A DNA stretch of 64,000 nucleotides, taken from sequence record NC_019408.1; one strand, 5' to 3'. The position numbers and the translations under genes were made by a program. Each line of letters starts with the position of its first letter. Position 1 is the stretch's first letter. Of this stretch, positions 27,524 to 36,905 are shown piece by piece. Under the pieces are notes generated by a model. It had not been told where the DNA came from. It ran no database searches and saw only the letters and a list, made by a program, of their open reading frames with translations.

Positions 27524-27963
27524 TGGTGGAGGTGGATCGGGCCTACCTCGCCGGCCTTATTGATGGCGAGGGGTGTATTTCCGTCAGTCGGACGCACTCG
27601 AACGCCTCGGCTAAGGGGTGCCGTCGGGGTTACGCGTACAGGTCGAGTGTCTCGGTAGCGATGACCAACAAGGAGGTTCTGCTCTGGGCGTCTGAGACTA
27701 CGGGCTTTGGTAAGATTTGCCCCAAGAAAACTAAACCGCACCACCGTCCAGCATGGACTTGGACGGTTTGGAGCAAGCAGGCGGCAGAGCTTTTGAAGGC
27801 TCTTCAACCCTACCTCAGGATCAAGGCTGAACAGGCCAAGGCCCTGATCGAGTTCCAGCAAGCTATGCGTCAGCCGGGAAGCAAGGGCCTCTCGGATGAA
27901 GAATGGGAAAATCGGGAGCGCTCTTATGAGGCCTTCCGTCAAATGAACAAGAGAGGCCTATAA
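27523..27963 (+). mobile_element. Free-standing single-motif LAGLIDADG homing endonuclease
   Basis: AYLAGLIDGEGC motif; lower GC and atypical codons. Confidence 0.88.
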
Positions 27964-29012
27964 TGACCGATGCTTACGCCCCCGATCTTTGCCTCTATCA
28001 CGGGTCGTGCGCCGACGGCTTCACCGCCGCCTGGGCGGTTTACCAGCGCTTCGGCGGCCTGACCCAGTACCTGCCGGCGACCTACGGCCGGCCGATCAGC
28101 GACGACGTCGTCCTGGGCCGCCACATCCTGCTGGTCGACTTCTCCTTCAAGAAGGAGGAGTTGAAGCGCATCGCCCGGATCGCCGCCTCGGTGACCATCA
28201 TCGACCACCACAAGTCGGCGGCCGAGGACCTGCGCGAGTTCATCGTCAGCGACGCGCTGATGGACCTGACCCCGAACGAGTACGCCGAACTGAGCCACTT
28301 CGCCGGCAAGCTGCCGATCCGCGCCATGTTCGACATGGACCGCTCGGGCGCGGGCATGGCCTGGGACTTCTTCATGCGCTCCAGCCCGCGCATGAAGATC
28401 ATCAACTACGTCGAGGACCGCGACCTCTGGCGCTTCGACCAGGAAGGCTCGCGCGAGGTCTCGGCCTACATCTTCGCCCACGACTACACGTTCGACAACT
28501 GGAACGCCCTGGCCGGCGAGATCGAGATCGACCTGCCCACGGTGATCTCCGCCGGCGCGGCGATCGAGAAGAAGCACCACAAGGACATCGGCGAGCTTCT
28601 GCGCCAGACCAAGCGCGAGATGATCATCGGCGGCTACCGCGTGCCGGTCGCCAACATGCCCTACACCCTGGCCAGCGACGCGGCCAATAAGATGGCCTCG
28701 ACCCCGAACGAGGACGGCACCATGCCGGCCTTCGCCGCCTGCTACTTCGACAACAACGCCGGCAAGCGGGCCTTCTCGCTGCGGGCGATCGACGGCGGCG
28801 CCGACGTGTCCCAGGTGGCGTCCAGCTACGGCGGCGGCGGCCATGCCAAGGCTGCTGGCTTCTCGGCCCCGCAGGGCTGGGAAGGCGAGGACGGTGACGA
28901 CCACATCACCGCCCAGATCAAGCGCGCCCTGGCCGACCCGCGTCCGGGCATCCCCGCCGCCCAGGTCGAAGCCGAGTTCGCCGCCCGTCGCGCGGGCAAG
29001 ACCAATGCCTGA
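27963..29012 (+). CDS. DHH/DHHA1 phosphoesterase
   Basis: YHGSCADG, LVDFS, IIDHHKS, FDMDRSGA, GGGGHAKAAGF. Confidence 0.9.
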   Translation: MTDAYAPDLCLYHGSCADGFTAAWAVYQRFGGLTQYLPATYGRPISDDVVLGRHILLVDFSFKKEELKRIARIAASVTIIDHHKSAAEDLREFIVSDALMDLTPNEYAELSHFAGKLPIRAMFDMDRSGAGMAWDFFMRSSPRMKIINYVEDRDLWRFDQEGSREVSAYIFAHDYTFDNWNALAGEIEIDLPTVISAGAAIEKKHHKDIGELLRQTKREMIIGGYRVPVANMPYTLASDAANKMASTPNEDGTMPAFAACYFDNNAGKRAFSLRAIDGGADVSQVASSYGGGGHAKAAGFSAPQGWEGEDGDDHITAQIKRALADPRPGIPAAQVEAEFAARRAGKTNA

Positions 29013-29175
29013 CGCCGTCCCCGCGCTCTCGGACGCCTCCAAGGCGGTGCTGGTCCTGGAGGACCGCTATGCCTGCTCCGAGGCCAAGAAGGTGGCGCTG
29101 CGGCAGTTCCGCAGCGCGATCGGCGAACTCGGCCGGGTCGCCAACCAGTTTGAGCAGGAGGTCGGCGGTGGCTGA
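29005..29175 (+). CDS. Hypothetical protein
   Basis: Overlap-coupled. Confidence 0.5.
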   Translation: MPDAVPALSDASKAVLVLEDRYACSEAKKVALRQFRSAIGELGRVANQFEQEVGGG

Positions 29176-29632
29176 CGAAAGCACCCTGCCGGCGCCGCCC
29201 GAGCCGCCGGCCTACGATTTCCGCAAGGACGTCCTCCTGGTCGACCGCGCCCGGATGATCGCCAACGGCCTGCTCTCGGGCCAGCGCATCCTCCACGGGG
29301 ACGAGCACACCCTGGCGCGCGCCTTGATCGTCCTGCTGGAAGATCGCGAAGCGCGCGCCAACCCGCCTTGCACCTTGCTGGTGGTCGAGGGCGTCGTAGA
29401 ACGCGATCGGCTCCAGTGGATGCTCGATCCGACCGCCAGGGCCGTCCACGTCATCACGCCGATGCAGCGCGGACACGCCACGGTCGGCCGGCGCTACGCC
29501 GCGATCTTCGTTCGCTATCCCACCGCCGCGTGGTTCGAGGCCAAGAAGGTCGAGACCCACGAGTTCCAGCAATGGGAACGCGAACACCTCTATCCCCGCC
29601 TGACCAAGGGCGGCCACTTCCAGCACATCTGA
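29168..29632 (+). CDS. Hypothetical protein
   Basis: AGGAGG RBS; GTG start. Confidence 0.65.
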   Translation: MADESTLPAPPEPPAYDFRKDVLLVDRARMIANGLLSGQRILHGDEHTLARALIVLLEDREARANPPCTLLVVEGVVERDRLQWMLDPTARAVHVITPMQRGHATVGRRYAAIFVRYPTAAWFEAKKVETHEFQQWEREHLYPRLTKGGHFQHI

Positions 29633-29638
29633 GGTCCC

Positions 29639-29800
29639 ATGGAACCCGAAGTCTTCACCGTCGACGCCGCCCCGGCTGACATCCCCGCCCCGAAGCCCAA
29701 GCCGCGCGCCCGGCCCTACGAGCCCCAGCGCTTCAACAGCTTCAAGGCTGCGCTGTTCGGCACCTCGTCGCTGGTCCAGATCACCTTCTACGCCGGATGA
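29639..29800 (+). CDS. Hypothetical protein
   Basis: GAGG RBS; 53 aa. Confidence 0.55.
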   Translation: MEPEVFTVDAAPADIPAPKPKPRARPYEPQRFNSFKAALFGTSSLVQITFYAG

Positions 29801-30066
29801 CCCCGTCCCGCCGCAAGGCGCTCCAAGCCCAGATCGAGACGTGCAAGGAGTCGAGCTTGGTGGTCGAGGAGTCCACCAAGCACTGGCGGCGCGACTACGA
29901 GGCCTACCATCACATCATGGTCTCGGGCGAGGTGGGGCGCTATTCCGACGAGGCCCTGAAGGCGATCAGCCTGAGGGCCTCGGCCACCTACGAGGCGCTC
30001 TTGGACGCGCTCCGTGTACACGCCAACAACCTGGACCGCCTGAGGTCCATCAAGGGCTCCTTCTGA
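29797..30066 (+). CDS. Hypothetical protein
   Basis: Start/stop overlaps. Confidence 0.6.
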   Translation: MTPSRRKALQAQIETCKESSLVVEESTKHWRRDYEAYHHIMVSGEVGRYSDEALKAISLRASATYEALLDALRVHANNLDRLRSIKGSF

Positions 30067-30509
30067 TGCGCTACTTCCTGGACACCGAGTTCAACGCGTT
30101 CGGCGGCGACCTGATCTCGCTGGCCCTGGTCCGCGAGGACGGGGCCTACATCTACCTCATCTACCCCAAGCTCGACGAGTACGATCCCTGGGTCGCCGAG
30201 AACGTCCTGCCCAAGCTGCGCCCGACCGGCATCGCCTGCACCGAGGTCGACCAGCAGCAGGGGGCCGTCCACATCGCCGAGTTCCTGAAGGGCGATCCCT
30301 CGCCGATGATCGTCACCGACTGGCCCGACGACATCCGCTACTTCTGCGCCGCGATCATCACCGGCCCTGGGCAGATGGCGCCGATCCCCGGTCTGGCCTT
30401 CCAGATGATCCGCATCGACGCCTACCCGACCAAGCTGGCGGGCGCGACCGAGATGCAGCACAACGCCCTGTGGGATGCGCGCGCCCTGCGCTATCTGCTG
30501 CTGTCGTGA
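30066..30509 (+). CDS. DEDD 3'-5' exonuclease (RNase AS-like)
   Basis: MRYFLDTEF...HNALWDAR. Confidence 0.82.
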   Translation: MRYFLDTEFNAFGGDLISLALVREDGAYIYLIYPKLDEYDPWVAENVLPKLRPTGIACTEVDQQQGAVHIAEFLKGDPSPMIVTDWPDDIRYFCAAIITGPGQMAPIPGLAFQMIRIDAYPTKLAGATEMQHNALWDARALRYLLLS

Positions 30510-30556
30510 GGCCGACCAGCCGGCGGGGGCGCAAGAAGCCCCCGCGCAACTACCGG

Positions 30557-31039
30557 ATGATGGCGGCGACCTCGACGGTCGGGGCGTCCGCCACCCACCG
30601 TACCTATCCGGGCAAGCTGGTCGCGCCCGCGCCGGGCCACTGCCGCTGGTGCAACGCCGGCATCTTCAAGCCGGACGGCACGATCAATCGCCGCAAGACC
30701 TTCTGCTCGCAGGTCTGCGTCTCCCACTACCTCCTGCGGGCCGATCCCTCCGAGATGCGCCGCCACGTCTTCTTCCGCGACCAGGGGGTCTGCGGCATGT
30801 GCGGACAGCGCTGGCTCTACCTGGACGATAAGTGGCAAGCCGACCACATCGAGCCGTTGTTTATGGCCTTCGGGGACATCTCCTACTGGGAGCCCGAGAA
30901 CGTCCAGGTCCTCTGCACCGACCCCTGCCACAAGGAAAAGTCGGCCTCCGACATGCGGAAATACGGCTTCGTCCTGAAGATGACCAAGCCTGCCAAGCAG
31001 GCCCAGCCCCACCGGCACCTAGCCGAAAGGTTGGGGTGA
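30557..31039 (+). CDS. HNH endonuclease
   Basis: CRWC...FCSQVC; RDQGVCGMC...ADHIEP...NVQVLC..CHKEKS. Confidence 0.85.
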   Translation: MMAATSTVGASATHRTYPGKLVAPAPGHCRWCNAGIFKPDGTINRRKTFCSQVCVSHYLLRADPSEMRRHVFFRDQGVCGMCGQRWLYLDDKWQADHIEPLFMAFGDISYWEPENVQVLCTDPCHKEKSASDMRKYGFVLKMTKPAKQAQPHRHLAERLG

Positions 31040-31053
31040 GTCAAGCGCGAAAA

Positions 31054-31092
31054 GTCGTGAATCTTGACATTCCACGAATTTTTTGCTAGAAC
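31054..31092 (+). promoter_or_regulatory. GTCGTGAATC-TTGACA promoter for the scaffold/capsid genes
   Basis: TTGACA-N17-TAGAAC; GCTAGAAC matches the Caulobacter sigma70 -10 consensus GCTANAWC. Confidence 0.8.
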
Positions 31093-31199
31093 TCCCAGCA
31101 TCCCGATTGAGGCTGGCGCCCATCCCCGACAAAGCCAGTCGTCTCGCAACGCGACGGGTCGTCGCCCACTCCACGGGGTCCGTGGAAAGAGAGAAACCT

Positions 31200-31991
31200 A
31201 TGCCTGTTCTTACGTATGATACCCTCGACATGGTCCCCGAGGGCCTGCGCGAGGTGGCGAAGCAAGTCGATGGCAGCGACAAGTTCAGCGTGAACGTCGT
31301 TCCGGCCAAGACGATCGACGAGTTCCGCGACAACAACATCAAGATTTCGAAGGAGCGTGACTCGCTCCTGGAACGGCTGGGCGTTCTGGAGCCCATCGTC
31401 GGGGAAGACCCCGCCGGCTTCCAGGCCAAGCTCGCCGAACTTCAGTCGATCGCCCAACGGGTGGCCGACGGTGACCTGAAGGAAGGCCGCACCCTCGAAG
31501 AAGCGCTTCAGAAGCGCACCGAGGAAATGCGGAAGCAGTACGACGAGCAGCTTCAGAAGACGGGCAAGGACCGCGCCGCGTGGCAGTCCAAGCACGACGA
31601 CCTGGAGCGCCGCTTCAAGCAGTCGCTGGTGTCGAACGCGATCACCGCCGCTGCGATGGCGCAGGGCTCGGGCGTCGATCCGACGGCCATCGGCGACGTG
31701 GTCCGCTCGGGCCTCGACGTCTTCAAGGTCGACGATCAGGGCCGCCTGACCCCCTATGCGGGCGATGCTCCGATCTACGGCGCCGACGGCGTCACGCCGA
31801 TGACCGCCAAGGAGTGGCTGGCCAAGCTGAAGGAGGAGAAGCCCTACTTCTTCCTCAACAGCAGCGGCGGCGGCGCCGGTGGCGACAAGACCAAGACGGT
31901 CCATGGCGTCTCGGCCGAGAAGCTGAAGGGCATGTCGGCGGCCGAACGGCTGGCGATCGCCAACAACGAGAAGTCGGCGCGTCTGCGCTAA
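31200..31991 (+). CDS. Capsid scaffold protein
   Basis: Coiled coil immediately upstream of the capsid gene; KEEKPYFF..SSGGGAGG and MSAAERL C-terminus. Confidence 0.75.
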   Translation: MPVLTYDTLDMVPEGLREVAKQVDGSDKFSVNVVPAKTIDEFRDNNIKISKERDSLLERLGVLEPIVGEDPAGFQAKLAELQSIAQRVADGDLKEGRTLEEALQKRTEEMRKQYDEQLQKTGKDRAAWQSKHDDLERRFKQSLVSNAITAAAMAQGSGVDPTAIGDVVRSGLDVFKVDDQGRLTPYAGDAPIYGADGVTPMTAKEWLAKLKEEKPYFFLNSSGGGAGGDKTKTVHGVSAEKLKGMSAAERLAIANNEKSARLR

Positions 31992-32015
31992 GTCACGAAA
32001 CCCTGGTTTTGTGAG
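31992..32015. promoter_or_regulatory. GTCAC-N14-GTGAG operator-like palindrome
   Basis: GTCACGAAACCCTGGTTTTGTGAG. Confidence 0.7.
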
Positions 32016-32126
32016 ATGCGCCCTTCGGGGCAGGAGTTGCCGGGCTCTCCTAAAAGCCCGGAGCCAATTCGCCTGAACGGGCATCGGAGCTTGAGCGCCT
32101 AGCTGGCGATCGCTCGCACAAGTCAA

Positions 32127-32150
32127 GTCACGAAACCCTGGTTTCGTGAC
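32127..32150. promoter_or_regulatory. GTCAC-N14-GTGAC operator-like palindrome
   Basis: GTCACGAAACC-CT-GGTTTCGTGAC, perfect 11-bp arms. Confidence 0.8.
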
Positions 32151-32249
32151 AAGAGAATTCCCTCGGTGACTGCCGGTCGACCGAGGGACAGACCGAGACG
32201 GGGTCCGTCTCTCAACACGGCCGGCGCGAACACCAAAAGGAGCAAGCCA

Positions 32250-33185
32250 ATGGCTGCTGTGACCCTGCTGCAAGCGTCCGAAATGGCGCTCGGCAACGAC
32301 GAAGTCAAGCGCGCCGCGATCATCGAGCTTTTCGCGACGCCCGACATCCTGCGCGTGATCCCGTTCCTGGACATCCAGGGCGGCGCGTACACCTACCTGC
32401 AAGAAGGCCAGCTCTCGGGCGTCGCCTTCCGGGGCATCAACGAGTCCTACGACACGTCGACCGGCGTGATCAACCCGCAAGTCGAGCGCCTGCGCATCGT
32501 CGGCGGTGACCTGGACGTCGACAAGGCCCTGCTGAAGACCCACGGCGCCAACGTCCGCTCGCAGCAGGAGCGCATGAAGGTCAAGGCTCTGAGCCTGTAC
32601 CTCGCCGGCAAGATCGTCAACGGCGACTCGGAAAACGACCCGCGTGAGTTCGACGGTCTGCGCAAGCGCATCACCGGCTCGCAACTCTTCCCGGCCGGCA
32701 ACACCTCGGGCGGCGACGCCCTGTCGCTGGCCGTCCTGGACGAAGCCATCGACGCGGTCGACGGTGCGACGCACCTGATCATGTCGAAGCGCATGCGTAA
32801 CCTGCTCGCGCAGTCGGCCAACAACCCCAACGTCACCGGCTACGTGACCTGGGACAAGGACGAGTTCGGCATGCGCGTCATGCGCTACGCCGACCTGCCG
32901 ATCCTGGTGACCGACTACGACGACAAGAACCAGCAGGTCATCGACTTCAACGAAGCCAACCCCGGCGGTGGCGCCGCTGTCGGCACCTCGATCTACGTCG
33001 TCAACATCGGCGACGAAGGCGTGGTCGGCCTCCAGAACGGCATCATGGAGATCGAAGACCTCGGCGAGATCGACGCCAAGCCGGTTCTGCGTACCCGCGT
33101 GGAATGGCTGGTTTCGCTGGCCGTCCTGAGCGGCCGTGCTGCCGCTCGCGTCTGGGGCATCAAGAAGGCCGCTGTCACCCGCTAA
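32250..33185 (+). CDS. Major capsid protein (HK97 fold)
   Basis: AAGGAG RBS; FRGINE..., GGDLDVDK, PREFDGL and final R.RVEW motifs; position. Confidence 0.92.
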   Translation: MAAVTLLQASEMALGNDEVKRAAIIELFATPDILRVIPFLDIQGGAYTYLQEGQLSGVAFRGINESYDTSTGVINPQVERLRIVGGDLDVDKALLKTHGANVRSQQERMKVKALSLYLAGKIVNGDSENDPREFDGLRKRITGSQLFPAGNTSGGDALSLAVLDEAIDAVDGATHLIMSKRMRNLLAQSANNPNVTGYVTWDKDEFGMRVMRYADLPILVTDYDDKNQQVIDFNEANPGGGAAVGTSIYVVNIGDEGVVGLQNGIMEIEDLGEIDAKPVLRTRVEWLVSLAVLSGRAAARVWGIKKAAVTR

Positions 33186-33261
33186 GGGTGATGGCTCAGG
33201 GGGCTTCGGCCCCCTGACCTTCCTGGACCTCGTCAACCCCATCTAAGCAGGAACTCCCCAG

Positions 33262-33708
33262 ATGGAATCCAAGATTCGTCACCAGTACGACGCGCTCCTG
33301 GCGCTTCAGCCGGTCGGCACCGCTGCGGTCACCGCTGACGGTTCGTCCGTGAATTCGGTCGACCTGTACCGCATCGCCAACGGTCGCGGCGACATCGCCG
33401 GCCGCTACGGCATCGGTTCGTTCGACATCGTCTTCAACTTCAAGGCGATCACCACCGGCGGCACCGTCGCTGAGACCTACTCGGTCTCGGTCGTGACCAC
33501 CGACGCGGCCGGCGCCAACCCGGTTGTCCAGCACACCTTCACGGTGGACGCTGGTCTGATCGGCGACCCCTACGTCCTGGCCTTCCACCCGGCTTCGCTG
33601 AAGCTGAAGGATGCCGACGCGGCCAAGGTGAAGCTGACCATCGACGTCGCGGGCACCGCCCCGTCGCTCGACTTCTTCGCCTTCGTGGCTCCGCACTCGC
33701 ACCAGTAA
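33262..33708 (+). CDS. Minor capsid / decoration protein
   Basis: Beta-rich 148 aa directly after the capsid gene. Confidence 0.6.
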   Translation: MESKIRHQYDALLALQPVGTAAVTADGSSVNSVDLYRIANGRGDIAGRYGIGSFDIVFNFKAITTGGTVAETYSVSVVTTDAAGANPVVQHTFTVDAGLIGDPYVLAFHPASLKLKDADAAKVKLTIDVAGTAPSLDFFAFVAPHSHQ

Positions 33709-33743
33709 TGGGCGAGCCGGACCACCGGCAAGTCGACCAAGTC

Positions 33744-33777
33744 AAACCCCGGACCTCGCGGTCCGGGGTTTTTCTTT
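33744..33777 (+). terminator. Intrinsic terminator
   Basis: AAACCCCGGACC-TCGC-GGTCCGGGGTTT followed by TTCTTT. Confidence 0.85.
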
Positions 33778-33804
33778 GGACCCAGCCCGGAAGCTCTCCG
33801 GACT

Positions 33805-33843
33805 GTCGTGAATCTTGACACAAGGCCCGTTTCATGCCAGAAG
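33805..33843 (+). promoter_or_regulatory. GTCGTGAATC-TTGACA promoter
   Basis: 16-mer immediately after the terminator. Confidence 0.7.
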
Positions 33844-33907
33844 TCAAGGTCTCTTTTGCGCGCGTCTTTTTAGGCGCGCCGGCCTTCCCCGAAACGGATA
33901 TTTCCCC

Positions 33908-34267
33908 ATGAGCAACAAGAACCTCGTCGAAGTCTTCTCGCCCGAAGGCAAGCGCGAACTGCACTCCCGCCTGAACGCCAACGATCTGGTCAACGGCGCC
34001 GGCTGGACCTGGAAGAAGAACGCCAGCCCGGACGTCACGCCGGCCGCGCACGCGCCCTACCGCTCGACCGCCAAGAACGGTCCCGAGCCGGCCCAGGCCG
34101 TCCTCGACATGGCGGGTCACCGCAACGATCGCACGATCGAAGAAGTCACCGGCGCCGCCGACGCTGACGACACCGAAGTCGAGGACGAAGTCGTCGAGCC
34201 GGCCGCCGAGGAAGAAGCCCCGGCCGCTGCTCCGGCGCGCGGTCGCGGTCGCAAGGCGGGCGCCTAA
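33908..34267 (+). CDS. Hypothetical protein, acidic with a basic RGRGRK tail
   Basis: Codon bias. Confidence 0.7.
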   Translation: MSNKNLVEVFSPEGKRELHSRLNANDLVNGAGWTWKKNASPDVTPAAHAPYRSTAKNGPEPAQAVLDMAGHRNDRTIEEVTGAADADDTEVEDEVVEPAAEEEAPAAAPARGRGRKAGA

Positions 34268-34270
34268 GCC

Positions 34271-34552
34271 ATGCTGGAACTCGGCTACTTCGCAAAGACC
34301 TGGGTGCTCGACGTGACGTCGGCCTCGGACGCGTTCGACAATCCGGGCAACGGCCAGACGTTCGTCGTCCGCGCCGACCGCAAGGTGCATCTGGCGCGCT
34401 CGAACGATGCGGGGGCCGAGGCGACCACGGACGATTGTCCGCTGCTGGAAAACGAAGCCGCGCGCTTTGCGATGGAGGCTGGCGGCTCGCTGGCCTTCAT
34501 CCTGGCGGACGGCGAGACCGACGGCAAAATCTACATCACCCAGGTGAACTAA
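34271..34552 (+). CDS. Putative virion protein
   Basis: Beta-rich; in the structural operon. Confidence 0.6.
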   Translation: MLELGYFAKTWVLDVTSASDAFDNPGNGQTFVVRADRKVHLARSNDAGAEATTDDCPLLENEAARFAMEAGGSLAFILADGETDGKIYITQVN

Positions 34553-34555
34553 CCC

Positions 34556-34948
34556 GTGGCCAACCAGTCCTACAAGCTCCACGACGTCATCATCGCCTAC
34601 GTCAAGGCCGGCAACCCGGAACTCGGGTTGCTGACCGCTGCCCCTAACCCGGACGGCACTGGCGTGGTCGAGCCCAACAGCGTCTTCGGCTATGGACGCC
34701 AAGCCATCTCCTTCGGCTCGACCGTCCGCATGACGGGCGTCGACGCCGGCAAGTCCTCGATCTCCAACACCGTGCCGATCGTCTTCGGCCCGACCGTCAC
34801 CGATGGCTGGCCCACCGTCACCCACTGGGGCGTGTTCAACGAAGACGGCGACCTGCTCGATTACGGCCCGCTGCCGGCCACCCGCACCCTGCCGGTCGGG
34901 GACTCGATCTCGTTCGGCGTGGGCGCGGTGCAACTGCGCTACGCCTAA
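34556..34948 (+). CDS. Putative fibre-associated structural protein
   Basis: GYGRQAI...IVFGPT...WPTVTHWGVF...GDLL..GPL family motif. Confidence 0.65.
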   Translation: MANQSYKLHDVIIAYVKAGNPELGLLTAAPNPDGTGVVEPNSVFGYGRQAISFGSTVRMTGVDAGKSSISNTVPIVFGPTVTDGWPTVTHWGVFNEDGDLLDYGPLPATRTLPVGDSISFGVGAVQLRYA

Positions 34949-34951
34949 CCC

Positions 34952-36895
34952 ATGGCTCGCGTCTGGACTGCACGCGCCGGCGCCGTTGTCCGCTCCGAAG
35001 CGGTCATGGTGTCGAACATCGAGCAGGCGACTTCGTTCGTCGGCGAGATCGCGTTCGAGTCCACGCTCAAGCCGCTGGCGGGCCAGACCGCCGCTTTCGT
35101 CGCCGAGTTCGGCATCGACGGCGACTCGGTCTGGTGGCCCGGCTACCCGGTCGCCTTTGATCCGCCGTTCCGGATCATCGGCGAGTTCGGGCTTAGCCTG
35201 TCCAAGAGCGGCGGCTCGATCTTCCCGTTCGAGTTCGACCGGGGCATCGACGACAAGGACGCCCTGGTCCAGGCCCTCAACGACGCGGGCTATGAGGGCG
35301 GAGGCGGCGGCACCCCGTTCGACGACAGCTTCGACATCGTCCTGAGCGACGGCGACGAGGATGTCTCGCAAGGGGCCATTGATCTGACGGGGCTGTCGGT
35401 CGGCGAGTCGATCGTCAACCTCGACGTCCTCCTGGGCAAGCTGATCCCGCCGCAGCCGCCGGCCTTCCCGAACGGCACGCTCTCGATCAGCAACGTCTCG
35501 GGCAACGACCCGCGACTGGCGATCGGGTTCACCGACAACACCGCCTCGGGCCTGACGGCGGGGACTTCGGTCTCCCGGATCACGGCCTCGGGGGTTTCGA
35601 CCTTCACGTTCAACGACATCGGTCCGGGCAAGGAAGGCACGCTCGCCGCGCTCCTCAACGGCGCCGAGGCCGCCAGCCGGGTCCTGACGGGCACGGACGA
35701 GGGCACCTACTCGGGTCTGGTCATCGCCGACCAGAAGGACTACCCGGCCGATCGCCCCGGCTTCTGGAAGTCGATGGACGTCAGCCTGAACCTCCTGGCG
35801 GTCCCGGTCGGCGTCAACAAGATCAAGCTGACCCATTCGGCGGCGGGGCAGACCAACGAAGCGGTGTTCATCCGCGACACCCTGACGGCGGTCCCGACGG
35901 TCTCGGCCGGCAGCGTCGTCCAGGAAGTCGCCGGTGCCCTGGCCTACTCGTCGAGCGTCCCACACTACGGCACGGGCGCCTCGCTGACGGTGGGGATGTC
36001 CTACAACAACCTCGCGGGCGAGACCTACTATGGCGGGTCGGACCCGGTGACGATCTCGGGCTCCAACTCGATCATCGCCGCCAAGTCCCTGAGCTACGGC
36101 TCGATCGGCTTCGTCACGCCGTTCGCGCGTAACACCACCGCCGCCCAGGCGATCAGCGCTCAGTCGATCGCCATCGACGGGACCAACGTCCACACCTCGG
36201 GCGTCATCCAGGGCGTGGCGCGTAACGTCAACGGCGCATCCGCCACGGTCACCCTGTCGTCGACCATCATCCTGGTCAAGCGCGGGACCGCGACGGGCAA
36301 GATCGACGAGCTTTCGGTGCCGGTCACCGGCATGGGCTCGACCCCCAACGGCCTCAACGCCCTGCGCGTGGGCCTGGGGGCGGGCGACACGCCGGCGGGC
36401 ACGCCCCAGTCCTGGGATCAGACGGCGGCTCTGGCGACCCATGAAGCGGCCTGCGTCGCCGGCATCATGGGGCACAACCAGAACAACTACGCCACCGGCT
36501 ATCTGCCCCAGGGGCCGAACCTGTCGGTGGGGCGCTCGGGCGCCCAGTACGTCACCCTGTCGTTCAAGCGCGCGGCGCGCTCGACCTTCAGGATCGCCAT
36601 CACCGGCTCCTACGCCGGCTGCTGGGTCAAGCTGCCGGGCGTCTCCACCGCCCAGCCCAACGCCCCGAACGGCTGGTGGAACGGTTTCCAGGCCTACGAC
36701 GGCGCCGGTATTCCGGGCGAGGCCGGGGACCCCAACGCCGGCTGCGCCCTGGGCGCGGTCATGAACGGGACCTCCGGGACCTTCCAGATCACCTTCGGCA
36801 CGGAGTCGTCGACCAACGCGACCAACAACGAAATCCTGGTCCGCCTGAAGTTCGTCGCCGGGCAGACGCTCACGGCGCTGAGCTTCACGAACTAA
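34952..36895 (+). CDS. Large putative virion structural protein
   Basis: 647 aa; Ser/Thr/Gly-rich beta composition. Confidence 0.75.
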   Translation: MARVWTARAGAVVRSEAVMVSNIEQATSFVGEIAFESTLKPLAGQTAAFVAEFGIDGDSVWWPGYPVAFDPPFRIIGEFGLSLSKSGGSIFPFEFDRGIDDKDALVQALNDAGYEGGGGGTPFDDSFDIVLSDGDEDVSQGAIDLTGLSVGESIVNLDVLLGKLIPPQPPAFPNGTLSISNVSGNDPRLAIGFTDNTASGLTAGTSVSRITASGVSTFTFNDIGPGKEGTLAALLNGAEAASRVLTGTDEGTYSGLVIADQKDYPADRPGFWKSMDVSLNLLAVPVGVNKIKLTHSAAGQTNEAVFIRDTLTAVPTVSAGSVVQEVAGALAYSSSVPHYGTGASLTVGMSYNNLAGETYYGGSDPVTISGSNSIIAAKSLSYGSIGFVTPFARNTTAAQAISAQSIAIDGTNVHTSGVIQGVARNVNGASATVTLSSTIILVKRGTATGKIDELSVPVTGMGSTPNGLNALRVGLGAGDTPAGTPQSWDQTAALATHEAACVAGIMGHNQNNYATGYLPQGPNLSVGRSGAQYVTLSFKRAARSTFRIAITGSYAGCWVKLPGVSTAQPNAPNGWWNGFQAYDGAGIPGEAGDPNAGCALGAVMNGTSGTFQITFGTESSTNATNNEILVRLKFVAGQTLTALSFTN

Positions 36896-36905
36896 GGGGG
36901 CGGCC

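Noticed and set aside
27320-29012. LAGLIDADG gene as part of a group I intron or intein
   Set aside because: It abuts intact ORFs on both sides through start/stop overlaps; no intron core or intein motifs were seen.
32127-32150. Palindrome as a parS or CRP/FNR site
   Set aside because: Length and arm orientation do not match GTTTCACGTGAAAC or TGTGA-N6-TCACA.
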